DNA of 62,950 nt, filler included, from Sphacelaria rigidula (lineage: Eukaryota), in NCBI GenBank assembly GCA_964200075.2. It is 9 parts of 9 records of this genome, joined end to end, with 100 filler letters (N's around TTAATTAATTAA, not from the genome) between each part and the next. Parts side by side here need not be neighbours in the genome. Positions count along the whole stretch, not along the records: positions 7,007 to 13,912 come from CAXNAA020017482.1; positions 14,013 to 20,918 come from CAXNAA020017483.1; positions 21,019 to 27,924 come from CAXNAA020017484.1; 6 more parts are not named here. One strand, given 5' to 3'. Made by a program: the position numbers and the translations under genes. Below are positions 13,143 to 25,169 of the stretch, in pieces; the stretch's first letter is position 1; each line of letters opens with the position of its first letter. Below the pieces are notes generated by a model, which was not told the DNA's origin, made no database searches, and saw only the letters and a list, made by a program, of their open reading frames with translations.

Positions 13143-13410
13143 GACACTTCCTTCGATAGCCTCCCCCCCCCCCCCCCCGGAAAAAAAGTCGGGTTGGGGG
13201 GGGCAAATTTTTACCTAAAACCAAAAGGGAAAAACCGAGTACAACGAGCAACTGGGAATTCCCACGCTTGGGTTCGTTCTCGCCAATGTCGCCCATATGA
13301 GTGACTTCGTGCAGCCTGAGCCCAAACATGAGGCGTTGTACGACCATTTTTTTCGTGACACTTTTGGGCTGGTTTTGGGGGAGGGGGGGGGGGCTATCGA
13401 CGAAATGTTC
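13143..13410 (+). mobile_element. MITE with GACACTTTC(T)ACGATAG-poly(C) TIRs (second copy 22849-23100)
   Basis: TIR plus poly-C/poly-G arms. The interior is colinear with 22849-23100. Flanks CTTT/TTTT. Confidence 0.8.
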
Positions 13411-14012
13411 TTTTTGAATTTCGTCGTCGTCCAAAAACTTGACTATCAGAGGTTTCGAAAATTTTCGGTGGGAATCGAAGAGCCCCGGGTGTGATTGGTC
13501 ATCATCCAGTCCTCCAGTTAGTACATTGCACACCCTGAACAATATGTGATCAGTAGTTCCAAAACTGTAATGTACTACGTAAAGTGTGTGCCTATGGCAA
13601 CTGCCATTGCCGGAACTGGCGATAGTTTCAATAGGCACACATTTGACATAATATATACATTTTCGATTGCAACTATGGACAACAGTAATTATTGGGCGGT
13701 CTAGCTATTCATTTTGTGGCATTTTATGGTTTTTTCGCAATTGGCGATTTTCTTGGGCTCTTTTTGCCTGCCACCGCTTATCGCATTAGAATCTGAAGAT
13801 ATTTGTATCCGCTCCACATTCCAAGAATAGAAATGATGTATACTACGGAGTTGTTTGCTGTACTTCCTCTAGAGCTCCCCCACTGCCGACCGAGGACCTC
13901 TAAAAAGTAACCNNNNNNNNNNNNNNNNNNNNNNNNNNNNNNNNNNNNNNNNNNNNTTAATTAATTAANNNNNNNNNNNNNNNNNNNNNNNNNNNNNNNN
14001 NNNNNNNNNNNN

Positions 14013-14790
14013 GGGAAGCGAGGTCAATGGTCTGATGACTATGGCATGCATGATCATGAGTACACCCCCCCCCCCCTATCGCAGCATGACTTCGAGGCGG
14101 TTTTTGATTAGCAAGTGCTTTCACGATAGTGAGGGAGGCGATTTGACTCCACGTATAAAAGGGCTCGCAGGTATTTCAGACGACCGATCACACTCGCGAT
14201 GCGGTTGAACTTGGGTGAAAACGGTGTCAAGCAGTATGAGTGAGCGTTATTCATCGGTATCAAGGTGCGTTCGAACAATCTTTTCTGTTTTCAACGATGA
14301 TTGGAAATGGAATTTCTTGCAAGAAATGCCCCGCCCCATTCCCCCTCCCCCCTCCAACGTAGAAGTGCTCCGTCTCGAAAGGGATGCGTGGTCAATGGTC
14401 AAATGACTAAGGCAAGCAACAAATGAGTACGCCCCCCCCCCTCCAACGTAGCATGGTGAGACACCCACGAGCCAGTGTGTAAGCCGTGGCTGTCTCTGAA
14501 AGTGGCAATACCAGATGAAAAAGCAACTCATTGGAGGGTATCATTCAAATGTAAGATAACCTTTACGCTTGGGGCCGAACAATCTTAGCAGGATGCAGTC
14601 CACCCTTCATGCGACTCGCCGAACACACTACGGCGCTTCGCGCTTGGCGATTGATTGCGAGCCTGGTCCGACGAGAAGCCGGCGTGCTCCGTCCCGACTT
14701 TGCAGGGATGCGAGGTCGATGGTCTTATGACTATGGCATGCAAGGTCATGAGTACACCCCAACGTAGCATGACTCCTAGGCCAAAAAGTC
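14013..14790 (+). repeat. High-copy modular repeat with poly-C tracts (related: 42037-42100 rc, 43755-44035 rc, 55915-55946 rc, 56135-56760, 62875-62950 rc)
   Basis: Shared blocks CATGGTGAGACACCC...GCCGAACAATC...GGGATGCGAGGTCAATGGTCT...CATGAGTAC(C)n occur in several contigs. Confidence 0.8.
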
Positions 14791-16488
14791 CACTACCGAG
14801 TGCACGACAATCCGTGACCTACCCGCGGCCCGGAGACAAGGGCCTCTTCTTGCTCTGTCAGGACAAAGCCAACACGTTTCGATGACACATACACTGTACG
14901 TTTGTACACGAGTACGCAGCATGTGAGATTGTTGATAGTGGCTACAGTCTAACGCGGGCCGAGCGCACACTACAATCCGAAGGGTGCAACACGGGCGGTT
15001 ATATTTAGCTACCTTCAGCTGGCTAAAAGCTGTGGATGGGGTACACATTTACTGCTGTCGATACGCGCCAATGCAATAGGGGCTGCATTCCCGCTGTACA
15101 TCCCCCGCCGTTGTACAGGGCGACGCAAACGCTCTTGGATCCCGAAACAAAGGCGCTGCTCACACTACGAGCCAACCAAGACAGGAGAAGGCGACAGACA
15201 AGGATAGTCGCACTCATTAGAGCATGCGAAGAGCGCCGACGTGAGTCGCAGCAATCATACCAACCGCATTGACAACCATGTACCGTACTCGCCAGTAGGA
15301 AGTGTCTCCGAGGGAATACCCCTGAAATGCCCTGGTTACCTTGAAAACTATTATTTTTTCTGTGGAGGGCCCGGTGAACTCCATGTTCCCCGTAGTCGTC
15401 GCGGAGAGACTCGCCGAAGATTGTCGTCAGCACCGCAGATGTGAACATGAGGGTCAATTGGAGCTTCAGTGTGTCCGTGCCCCAAGCTCGGAGGGGCGGT
15501 ATCTGTCGCACCGACTGTACTGCCACCTAGCCGAAGACAACTACCTCCAGAGTAGGGGTAGCTTCATGAAATCGATGGTCTTATCAGGATTCTATCAACG
15601 CCCCAAATAAGAATTCGGACGCTGCGTGTTAGTCCAAGTGTATCATAAGGCTGGTCATAATCCCGTGGTCACCGGCCCCTCGGGGATGGATTTCCCCGTC
15701 AGGAATTTCGTTCATCGTTCAAAGGACGTGCGCTGATTGCGATCCCAGAAGGTTTTGAGCGACGTCCGTCAGAAGGTGTCAGGACATTGTCTCGAGAAAG
15801 AATGCAGATCAGACCAGGACTCGTACGTTGAAGCTGAGGGATTGGCACGGGTCCGAGCAGTACCTTGCTATCTGTATCCGGGGCGATGCTGGTTCCGAGT
15901 CCTAAATGTTTTTGCTCGTTCGTGTCGGTGTTCTGATTTCAGCCTTGCTGTGGTATAGTCAAAACTCAGCGCAAACATCCGGCAGTCATACCGCTGCTGA
16001 TGATTAGATACGCATAATTGACGGAGTAGATGGCACAAAAAGCTATTGCAGGTGATATTGCCGAAATGCTCATTCTACTGGTCAGCATTGCTGACCAAGA
16101 TGATGTGCCTGTCATTAATTGGTTCCCCCATGTTATCATCCGTGAAAGAGGAAAAGATGCTGGGGGCAAGACAACTGCAAGCCATGAGAGATCAAGAGCT
16201 CCAACTGCGGCTGAGTCGGCTGAAACAGTGTAAGGGTCGCCTGGAGCGGTCTCGGCTGTGGCTAGGGGTATTTGAACACACTCGCTGTGCCACGTGGCTC
16301 TCGAACACCGCCTCCCACTTGTCGGTGAGCACTATGAAATGTCCACCGCTGCATGCAAAAGGCGAGCTGTAGCGAATCAATAATTTTTCCGCCGCCCGTA
16401 CATTGCGAGGCCTCACGATTGCCGCATGTATGCATATATATATATATATGCGTGTATAAACAATGTATTTTATTCTACGTCTACTCTG

Positions 16489-16788
16489 ACTAGTGTTTTC
16501 ATGAGATTGAGAGTAGAGGATATGATTGAGAGTGAAAACCGGTCAAAAAGTGAGTTAATTGTTTCAGTTCCGAACTGACCCTCCCCGAGGCCCAATATGC
16601 TTCCCGTAGTAGCTTGCCACTGAGACCCTTGATATCCCTGAGTAGGATATCGACGTGTAGCTGTAAGCACACGCCAGTGATGGAGGCACAGAAAAGCACA
16701 CACGGAATGAAAAATTGGCCAAGTTACAGCGAATTATCAAAGCCACTCTCAATCAGCGCCCTACTCTCAATCTCACGAAAACGTTGTT
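16489..16788 (+). mobile_element. 300-bp MITE, AAC...GTT family, TSD TCTG
   Basis: TCTG at 16485-16488 and 16789-16792; same TIRs as the other copies; inserted at a LINE tail. Confidence 0.88.
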
Positions 16789-16792
16789 TCTG

Positions 16793-16936
16793 TCGTTTTG
16801 TTCTACCATTTCCTGTCCAGTCTTTTCTACAGCGAGTGTTTCAGTTTTATTTTACGTCGGGTACGTCTATCATGCGACCACGGCTGGATCCCTGGGGGTC
16901 AGTTAAATCGTGACAATCAATCAATCAACCAATCAG
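16793..16936 (+). mobile_element. RTE-type LINE/SINE 3' tail ending in (AATC)n
   Basis: AGCGAGTGTTT...GACCACGGCTGGA...TCAGTT...AATCAATCAATC. The same motif order occurs at 32077-32200 (rc) and downstream of the RT fragment at 54590-54695. Confidence 0.65.
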
Positions 16937-17112
16937 TCACGGCCAAGGCGCGTGACACTTCACGATGTGTAGCCCACAACTACCACGCGGTTACCCGCAC
17001 GGCCCAAACGAGACACGGTTCTGGTGGCCTGCTTATGCTCGACACCACACGCCGTTTTTTGAAGATGGGTGTTATCGGGGACGCTACGAACATACAAGGA
17101 TCACTGCATGTG

Positions 17113-17600
17113 CGTATTGACCCCTTCAGTTACCAACAGCCGATCATCGAAATTGAGGATGGGGTTTTTCATTGAGGATGAGAACCCGGAGGATTAAAAT
17201 CTTCGTATCCACACCAAATCTTCGAAATATGGTTCCATTCCTTCACCTACTGATAGCTGTTGACAACTGCTACACATCATACAAATTCGGATTTTGATAA
17301 TCGAAAGGTTGGGGTCCTAGGTGAATAACCAATTTTGAGGAATTCCGGCGATCCGATCGGATCATCTAAGTTCTCCAAACCTGTTTCTTCACCTAGGACC
17401 CCAACATTTCGGTTATCGAAATCCAACTTTGTAGGACGTGTAGCAGTTGTCAATGGCTACTAGTAGGTGAAGGAATGGAACCATATTTCGAAGATTTGGT
17501 GTGGATACAAAGATTTTAATCCTCCGAGTTGTCATCCTCTATGAAAAGCTCCATCCTCAATTTCGATGATCGGCTGTTGGAAACTGAAGGGGTCAACACG
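17113..17600. mobile_element. Foldback/MITE with ~210-bp inverted arms
   Basis: 17113-17325 is the imperfect reverse complement of 17387-17600, with a ~60-bp spacer. Confidence 0.9.
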
Positions 17601-17773
17601 GCGGACTAGATCTTCCGGGATCTGGTTGCTGCTACCTATTGCGACGGCTTACTGACTATGTGCAGAAAACCACACACCGTACTCCCGCGGTGATTGGCTG
17701 CTGTATTTCTATTGGGTCGGAGAATCACTTTACGTGAGCCTTGCACTTGTGAAAAGAAAAGACAACGATCAAT

Positions 17774-18215
17774 AACACGAGATTTTACAAATCGGGGATT
17801 GATTTTTTATTGAGGATGAGAACCCGGAGAAATATCATCTTCGTATCCACACCAAATCTTCGAAATATATCTCCACTCCTTCACATACTGGTAGTTATTG
17901 ACAACTACTACACGCCAAATAAATTTGGATCCTGATAACCGACATGTTGGGGTCCTAGGTCAAGAAAACAATATGGGGATCCAGATGATCCGATCAGATC
18001 GCCGAAATCCCCCCAAATGGGTTTTTCACCTAGGACCCCAATATTTCGCTTATCGAAATCCAAATTTGTATGGCGTGTAGTAGTTGTCGAATAGCTACCA
18101 GCGAGTGAAGAAGTGGAACCATATTTCGAAGATTTGGTGTGGATACGAATATTTAATTCTGCGGGTTTCTCATCCTCCATAAAAAATCCATCCCCAATTT
18201 GTAAAATCCCGTGTT
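17774..18215. mobile_element. Related foldback/MITE with different outer termini
   Basis: ~190-bp inverted arms share the inner sequence of 17113-17600. Ends AACACGAGATTTTACAAAT / ATTTGTAAAATCCCGTGTT. Confidence 0.88.
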
Positions 18216-20261
18216 TCAAGGTGCCCTCTATATAGCGCCAACAGCTACGCCATAACTTCCCACCCGATGAAGTCTTGGGCAAGAAGTTCTTCTGGTTGTT
18301 GAAGGATAACCGGCCTGAAAATGAGCGGCCTTTACACTGTCGCATCTAGTGTGCCGCAACATGTTCGTGAGACGTACAATCCACTATGTTTCGACCGTTC
18401 ACTCGACATTTTCTGCAGCTTTCAGCACAGAAATACCAAGCATCTAGCTGTACATGTTTAGCGCGTTGCCTCCACTCATTCCGAACTTGGGCTGTTAGCC
18501 CTCAAGATGTTGCTGATACATACAGAAGCCTTAATGGGAACCAATGATGCTTGGCTGTCCCGCGCAAGTCGCGAGTTAAGTAGCGGTTGCCGCCTTGGGA
18601 GACAGAACGTCTCGGAAATACCCACGACGCTGCGCATGAGAATGTTACAACGGACCACGGTTAGGACGAATCATCACGACTACTCATCACCAAATGCACG
18701 ATTTCTTCGGCCTGATTGCCCAAAAGGGAGAAAACAATTGACCGCTGGTCCACGCGGTATTCACCCAACGTTTGCGCCATTCCACGTGGCTGGGCTGCGT
18801 GTACCTGGGTTGCAACGCTGAAAACAACCTAAGGGGTTGATTCGCACGATTCGAATCAATAACACCAAAATCAAGTAATTTCCAGACGCGTCATTGATTC
18901 GTCCGACCCTTGCAACAGGCTGAGGAAACTTATGATACGGAAACGTTGGGTCGCATACACACGCGTACACAGCTCGTGGCATCTATTTTTCGGGAGTTTT
19001 TTTCCGAGTGCAGAGACTGTCTGTGCCGCGCGATTCGTCGCGTTGCTTTGGTACGCTTTGTATTCGTTCCGGTTTCCCGCACTTTTTTTGTGTTGTGGCC
19101 TCGCATTTCTCTCTACGTGCATCTCTATCCGTGGCGATAGTCAGACTCTTGGTTTGCCATTTGGAGCTCCGCTTCCACCTGTGTTCCCCCAGCACCTGAG
19201 CATATGCCGATGAAGAAGTACTTCTTGAAATCACGTAAACGCCATCAATTTTTCTGAGAAATTCAGCAAGTCAGCAAAGATGGGGGAAACGAATAGTATT
19301 AACCCGAAAGTACCAATATACCGAGCAAAACGTACTACCTGACAGTGGACCGTTCGCACTCCCGACTTCAGGCGCCGAACCGTATCGAGCTCATTGGTAG
19401 TGCTCTTTTCCCCCCGCCGTGCTGTCTGTTGTGCAGGAGCTGAAACAGAGAGCGGCGGCCGCCAACGTGGTTACGCGGTGTGTCGTGGCCGTCGCCCGAT
19501 TCAGGCAGGGCAGGAAGCACATTTCACGAACATTTGCGTTGATGATCCTGTTTGATGCAACTGTTTTATGGTCTCCGCGTCTCGACACGGAAATTTCACC
19601 GTCACTTGAGTTTCTTATGACGCTTTCTTTTTTTTTTGGCGTGTGCGTTTTATTTTCGTGTGGTCGTGAAAAACATACCGTTTTTTTCTGTGGAATTCGT
19701 GAGGTAGTGCTGAACGGGTACGCCATTGATATTTTCCAGAGGCAAGACAAAACATGGCGATTCGTACGTAGTGTTACGCGTCTGACAAACCCTGTAGCCA
19801 ATCTTCAGCCAGTTTGTTTGTCCGTGAAAGCGACGAGGGCTTGCATGTCTCCTTTTGACGCGACGACGCATCCAACATGCTTTGACTTTCGTTGTGCTGA
19901 ACACGTGCGGCCGTTCCTTCTTTTCCGGGTTTACGATCGAACGTAAAACCTGAAAGACAACAGGTACCGAAGGAGGCTGGAGAACGCGATGCAGGTTATC
20001 GACAACCAGTTCGGGAAAAAACTCCGCAGGTGAAACGAAGGGGGGCAAACGCTTGCAAAGAAGGACCCTCGCGTGCTCACATAAAAAATAAAAAACAGTA
20101 CAACCAAGCAGAACGAATTATGCGCAGCCAACACGAAATTGTCCTATTCTCCTGAAATGTGTTGTACCTAAATCTCCACTATTGGCCTCAGACATGAGCA
20201 TGAAAGTCGCGGCGAATCTTCAGATACGAACGCAACCGACTGACAAAATGATTACCCATGC

Positions 20262-20741
20262 AAGGGTGCCCAACAAAAAAGCTCCGAGACCCTATGTACC
20301 CCCCCTCCGGCGGTCGTGGGTTTTTATTCCTCCACATCAAGGAACACTCAATAAATAGCCATATTGGGGCGACTTGGGTGAGGTAGCGCCCATGATTGTT
20401 GGCCGTATCTGCCACCACAAGATGCGACGCACATTGGACGCAAATTGTTGGTACAGATAGATGCGTTTAGCTTGATTGAGCAAGCATCGTAGAGCATTGT
20501 GATATTTATCTGGTCTTGTTCTAGTCGTGAAAGTGTGATGTGCAAATTCAGAAACCCATGAATATAACTTGGCCTTACTTGGCTCCGAAAGTATAAAAAG
20601 AATCAAAGCTTCATTAACAGGAATTTTTATTTTCCATATACTTTTTTAATTTATGTATAGGATTTAGTAACCCCCCCCAAAAGGAAACTCAAGGATTCAA
20701 GAAAGGGGCATAGGGTCTCGGATTGTTTTTCTGGGCACTCT
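20262..20741. mobile_element. Probable MITE with ~40-bp imperfect inverted ends
   Basis: GGGTGCCCA...CCGAGACCCTATG versus CATAGGGTCTCGG...TGGGCACTC. The right-end motif also occurs at 7632-7663. Confidence 0.5.
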
Positions 20742-21156
20742 CGATCCATGCGGTAATTTTCCATAAAGGACGAGTCAGGTGTCAACTCGATCAAATCTGA
20801 ATGTGCTGCATCACCAGTGGTATTGAGTCGGGGCATCGAAAGTGACCTATAACAACAAATTGTACGAATTGAGGTTTAACTCCGAGATGAGGCTCAAGCC
20901 TAAAACAGTGCTTTCCCCNNNNNNNNNNNNNNNNNNNNNNNNNNNNNNNNNNNNNNNNNNNNTTAATTAATTAANNNNNNNNNNNNNNNNNNNNNNNNNN
21001 NNNNNNNNNNNNNNNNNNAGGAGAAGCTATTCAAAAACAAACATATCACAGATTTTGTACCAAAATAATTTGGAATTTTCAAAATTGGGAACTCTCCACA
21101 GGGTTGCTCGCAGGGTTTCGACAAAAACGCTATGCAGAATGCTGCTAGAGTTACTA

Positions 21157-22039
21157 AACAACGTTTTCGTGAAATTGAGAGTTGAAGGTACGATTAAAAG
21201 TGGGAAGCGGTCAATGAGTGAATGACCCGTTCCAGTTCCGAAGTGTACCTCCACCAGGCTCAATATTCTCCTTGTAGTAGCTTGCCAGTGGGGCCCTCGA
21301 TACCCCTGATTAGGGTAACAACGTGTAGCTGTAAGCACAGGGCAGTGATGAGACGACGAAAAGTACACACGGAATGAAAAAATGGCCAAGTTGAAGCGAG
21401 TGATCAAAGCCACTCTCAATCCGCACCCAACTCTCAATCTCACGGAAACCTCGTTGTTGGAAGAATTCGTGTCCGTGGCACCGTCCGTACGACAGACCGA
21501 CTACTGTTCAGCGAACAGTAGTAGCAGAGGTTGCACCCTGATCGTGAAATCAGTTGCGTCTGCAGCTCAGAATAAATCAGTGAGACAAATAGTTGATTGG
21601 GCGCTTATTTAGCCAAGAAAAGCAGAAATACACAGTTCCTTCAGAAAGCAGGAACTGGGGTGTTGAAGGAGAGTGACCTTGGAGGGCGATGAAAACCACC
21701 AGCTCCGTCCCTCAATCCCTGGAACCAAAAGGCAAAGCGCTACACGTACGTGACCAAACGCTTCCATGTCACTTGCGCGGCAGAGTGCCAGCTCATAGAC
21801 TAGATCCTTACTCAAGCTACGGCACTAACGAACACTGGAAGTACACTTTCGTATCCTACGAGCTTATGTGGCCAGATCTACAGGATATATATATAACTCA
21901 AGGATCCATACAAAAAGGTACTTGTACCCGGGATATCCCGCGCTACTTGAACGGTGACTAGTTGTCCCGCTAAGTGGCTACGAGAGTAAAAACTCACACA
22001 ATACAAGCAGCTAGGCTGTACAGATTTCCAACACTTGTT
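21157..22039 (+). mobile_element. AAC...GTT family MITE (TSD ACTA) with a solo LTR inserted in its right TIR
   Basis: ACTA at 21153-21156 and 22040-22043. The empty site is present as the reverse complement at 6229-6260. Confidence 0.88.
21455..22033. mobile_element. Copia-type solo LTR, 579 bp
   Basis: TGTTGGAA...TTCCAACA ends with 5-bp flanks CTCGT/CTTGT. Partly resembles the LTR at 24713-25169. Confidence 0.85.
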
Positions 22040-22706
22040 ACTAGGGTTTGCAAATGCAATGCAGGGTTTCTCACAGACGACTATGAAGAACTCTGTGCAG
22101 CACGTCCTACAGGGTGCTATCTGTTCATGTGTGCAGCTGTAGTTTGAATATCCCTCCTGACGATCCCGAACGGGGTGTGATCCAGCGATGGCAAGCGCTG
22201 GCACCCTCCCCCTCAGATAGGTTTGTGACAACTGTGAGGGTATTTGGGAAACATCGCTCGGAATGAAACATGTAGAATAGTATTCAGGGGTATCGTGGTA
22301 CATCTTTCCCTGTTTAAAATCGAATTTTCCTTGCTTGAACGCTCTAGACCCGTTACAATGAACGACTGCTTTCCAAGAAAACCATCCGTCATTTCAGGAC
22401 TTCCCTTGGGGTCTCTCTCAGATACCGTTATGTCGCCGGCGCAACAGTGTGCACTGCCGTACAGAAACTTCTGCGTCAGGGTTACACGGTCGAGACCGCT
22501 TGCGAATCCCGGGCCTATTGGACGAAACAAATAAACTTTCGATGTTCAGTTGGACCTCACCCAAAGGTTGAACCTCAAAATCGAATCCACGCTATTCATA
22601 CCGATGTTTTAGACACAAAATAACAATAAGCAAAAAATACAGTCACCGCTCGTTGTATTTACGGTGTGTTTAGGACACTAATACGTATACATTCAAAAGT
22701 CAATTA

Positions 22707-23170
22707 TCGAAATTGAGGATAGCGCTTTACATTGAGGATGAGAGCCTGGAGAATGAAAATCTTCGTATCCACCTCAAATCTTGGAAACATTGTTCCATTC
22801 CTTCACCTACTCGTAGGTATTGATAACTACTACACGCTATGTGGACTTGGAACTTTCTACGATAGACCCCCCCCCAAACGTGCATGGTTTTGGGAGGCAA
22901 AATTCTCACGTAAATCGAAAGGGGAAAGGCCGAGCACAACGAGGAGCTGGGAATTCCCACGCTTGGATTCGTTCTCGCCAATGTTGCCAATATGAGGCGC
23001 TCCATGCAGCCTGAACCGAAACATCAGGCGCTGTATGGCCATTTTTTTCGTGACAATTTTGGGCTGGTTTTGGGGGGGGGGGGGTATCGTAGAAAGTGTC
23101 ACTTGGATTTCGATGACCGGAATATTGGGGTCCTAGGTGAAGGAGCAATTTCGGGGAATGGAGATGATCC
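22707..23170. mobile_element. Single arm of the 17113-type foldback, interrupted by MITE 22849-23100
   Basis: ATCGAAATTGAGGAT...CTTCGTATCCAC...GGGGTCCTAGGTGAA is colinear with 17147-17325 once the insert is removed. Confidence 0.8.
22849..23100 (+). mobile_element. 252-bp MITE with 4-bp TSD ACTT
   Basis: ACTT at 22845-22848 and 23101-23104. TIR ACTTTCTACGATA+poly-C / poly-G+TATCGTAGAAAGT. Confidence 0.85.
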
Positions 23171-23792
23171 TGGCACATTCTGTCATCTTCACCATTCTTC
23201 ACATGTTTCGTCTGATCCCAGTTTCCCAGAACGTTTTTACAGTCCATTTTTCCATACTGGGTCATAAGCCTTTTGTACGTACAGAAACAAACAGCCCGGG
23301 ACTCCTGCCGAGATAGCCTCTCCACAAAGAGTGTGCAGGAGACGGTATCAGACGACATGTGGAACCGTGGCTCTTGTCTGTCACTCGCCATTGGATGTAT
23401 ATCGTGAATCCAATCCATGATGTCCCCAGGAGTGAACATACCGTCGGACGAGACGCCCTGTCCCATGGGCATGGCGATCTTCGCGCGATCACATCAGGTA
23501 CGAGGTCCCGGCCCCCGTTTCCGCTAGGAATAACGCGCATGAGCGCAGTAGAACCGTAAGGCAGGTGACACTGCATGCGCCGGAAAGTGTCTTCCAGTTC
23601 CAGCTCCCGTGTACTGGCTGGCTCATCCCGGTCTGTGCGCCGCGCCCGTTCCACTGGTGCCGGAATCACTCTTTGCCGGATCAGTGGACACATGTGCCCC
23701 TGGCCAATGCGGCATCTGTGGCACCTTCTCCGAGAACAGAGCAACAGTCGAGGTGGGTCGAGTGGTCCTCAGAGTCAGTAGGAGTCCTCCTA

Positions 23793-24206
23793 ACAGAGGA
23801 TTCTATTAAATGAGGTTCATCAATGAAATGAGGTTCGAGCCCAAAACAGTACTTTCTCCACACTTTCAGCAATGATGCCCGATGAGGTTTTTGTCGGCCT
23901 AATGCCCCTCGATGGCGGAGATACTTTTTTAGCGCGTTTTGCTGACTCTGTGAGCTTACAGCGCTGATCGAAACTGCTGGTTTCCCTGATATCACCCCCC
24001 AAAAAAAAATATGTAGAAATGGCGGTTTCGGACAGCGCTGTAAGCTTACAAAGTCGATAAAATGCGCTGAAGAAGTATCCACGCGATCGAGGGGCATTAG
24101 GCCGACAAGAAAATCATTGGGCACCATCGCTGAAAGCGTGGAGAAAGTACTGTTTCGAGTCGAACCTCATTTCATTGATGAACCTCATGTTTATAGAATC
24201 CTCTGT
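23793..24206. mobile_element. MITE with ~135-bp TIRs and TA flanks (Tc1/mariner-like)
   Basis: TA-ACAGAGGATTCTA...TAGAATCCTCTGT-TA. The arm sequence recurs at 20860-20918 and 47665-47737. Confidence 0.8.
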
Positions 24207-24208
24207 TA

Positions 24209-24712
24209 TTTGCTGTTCAGTGACTTCTGAGGTCTGAATCCCTCCAGAGTACCAAAAATATCGTGCTCTAGAGCACGTGGTTCTCGTGAACACCCCTTGG
24301 AGGGGAATATGAGCAGCAGAGGGAAATATGAGCATCATTCCTGTGGAGGAGGGACTGCCTATGGCCTCTCAGGCATTTATTACGACTCCGGAGGACATAG
24401 CCGCGCAGTATCCTCCAGCGTGTACATTTACACTGGTGCACTTGTGTCCTCACTGCTTCCGGGGCACCTTTAGGACCATCACGCCAGACATAATACCACC
24501 ACACAATAAACCTGCAGCAAAGAGCATGAGTTGGGTGCAGGGGTAAAGATTCACACTGCAGTAGTTTGGTATGATGTATGTCTTGTTGGTGGAACTTCAA
24601 ACTCGAGTATCTTCTTCCATGGTCGCGGAGTCGCGCGGTGCCGGAACCATGCGCAGGGTAGGGTGCGGGCAATAACCGGCGGTTTACCGTATAGATATAC
24701 CCATGGACAGTG
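24209..24712 (+). repeat. Dispersed repeat rich in CCTCTGGAG/CTCCAGAG motifs (second copy 47890-48385)
   Basis: Colinear over ~500 bp with 47890-48385. It is cut at GACAGTG by the Copia LTR, whereas the other copy continues GGCAGG. Confidence 0.85.
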
Positions 24713-25169
24713 TGTTGGAAATTATTCACTGGCACGGCACTGTCTCACTGGACAGTTAAGCAGAGGCTTGCACTATAGCGGTAAAGCTACTTGCGAGGAG
24801 CCAGTGTAGTAAATCAAGATAGTGTAGTTCGGCAATTCCGGCCTACCATATCAAACAGCCTCTTTTGCAAGAGAGAGCTGTGGAAGCAAAACTGGGTTGC
24901 TGGGGAGAATGAGAAGCGAGGGTCGAGTGAGAGCGAGCCTCAATACTTTCCACTCTCTGGCCAATAACCAATGCTGTACGTAAACCAAAATATCTTTAAA
25001 ACGTACCCTATATTACCATGAAAAAGGTACAGTGAAATGACACACCCGTGGTTTCACCTGAACCGTAACAAATAACGTTCAGTCGTGCCGCTTATGCAGT
25101 ACAGTAACTTGTAGCGACGATTTCAATCACACACAAAGAACTTAGACTGTCCTGTCTAAATTTGCAACA
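24713..25169 (-). mobile_element. 3' LTR of the Copia element
   Basis: TGTTG...CAACA ends. The PPT GGGGGAG on the minus strand (25170-25176) abuts it. The left boundary is confirmed by the uninterrupted host copy at 48377-48390. Confidence 0.88.

Noticed and set aside
12722..13638. 284-aa and overlapping ORFs as genes
   Set aside because: They read through a MITE and a homopolymer run and have no recognisable domain.
14900..16400. Possible decayed gag or other TE coding region
   Set aside because: It looks coding-like in places, but I found no motif I can assign.
21456..22039. MITE capturing ~580 bp of flanking DNA through a cryptic end
   Set aside because: The extra DNA has TGTTGGAA...TTCCAACA ends and its own 5-bp TSD, so it is a solo LTR inserted into the TIR.
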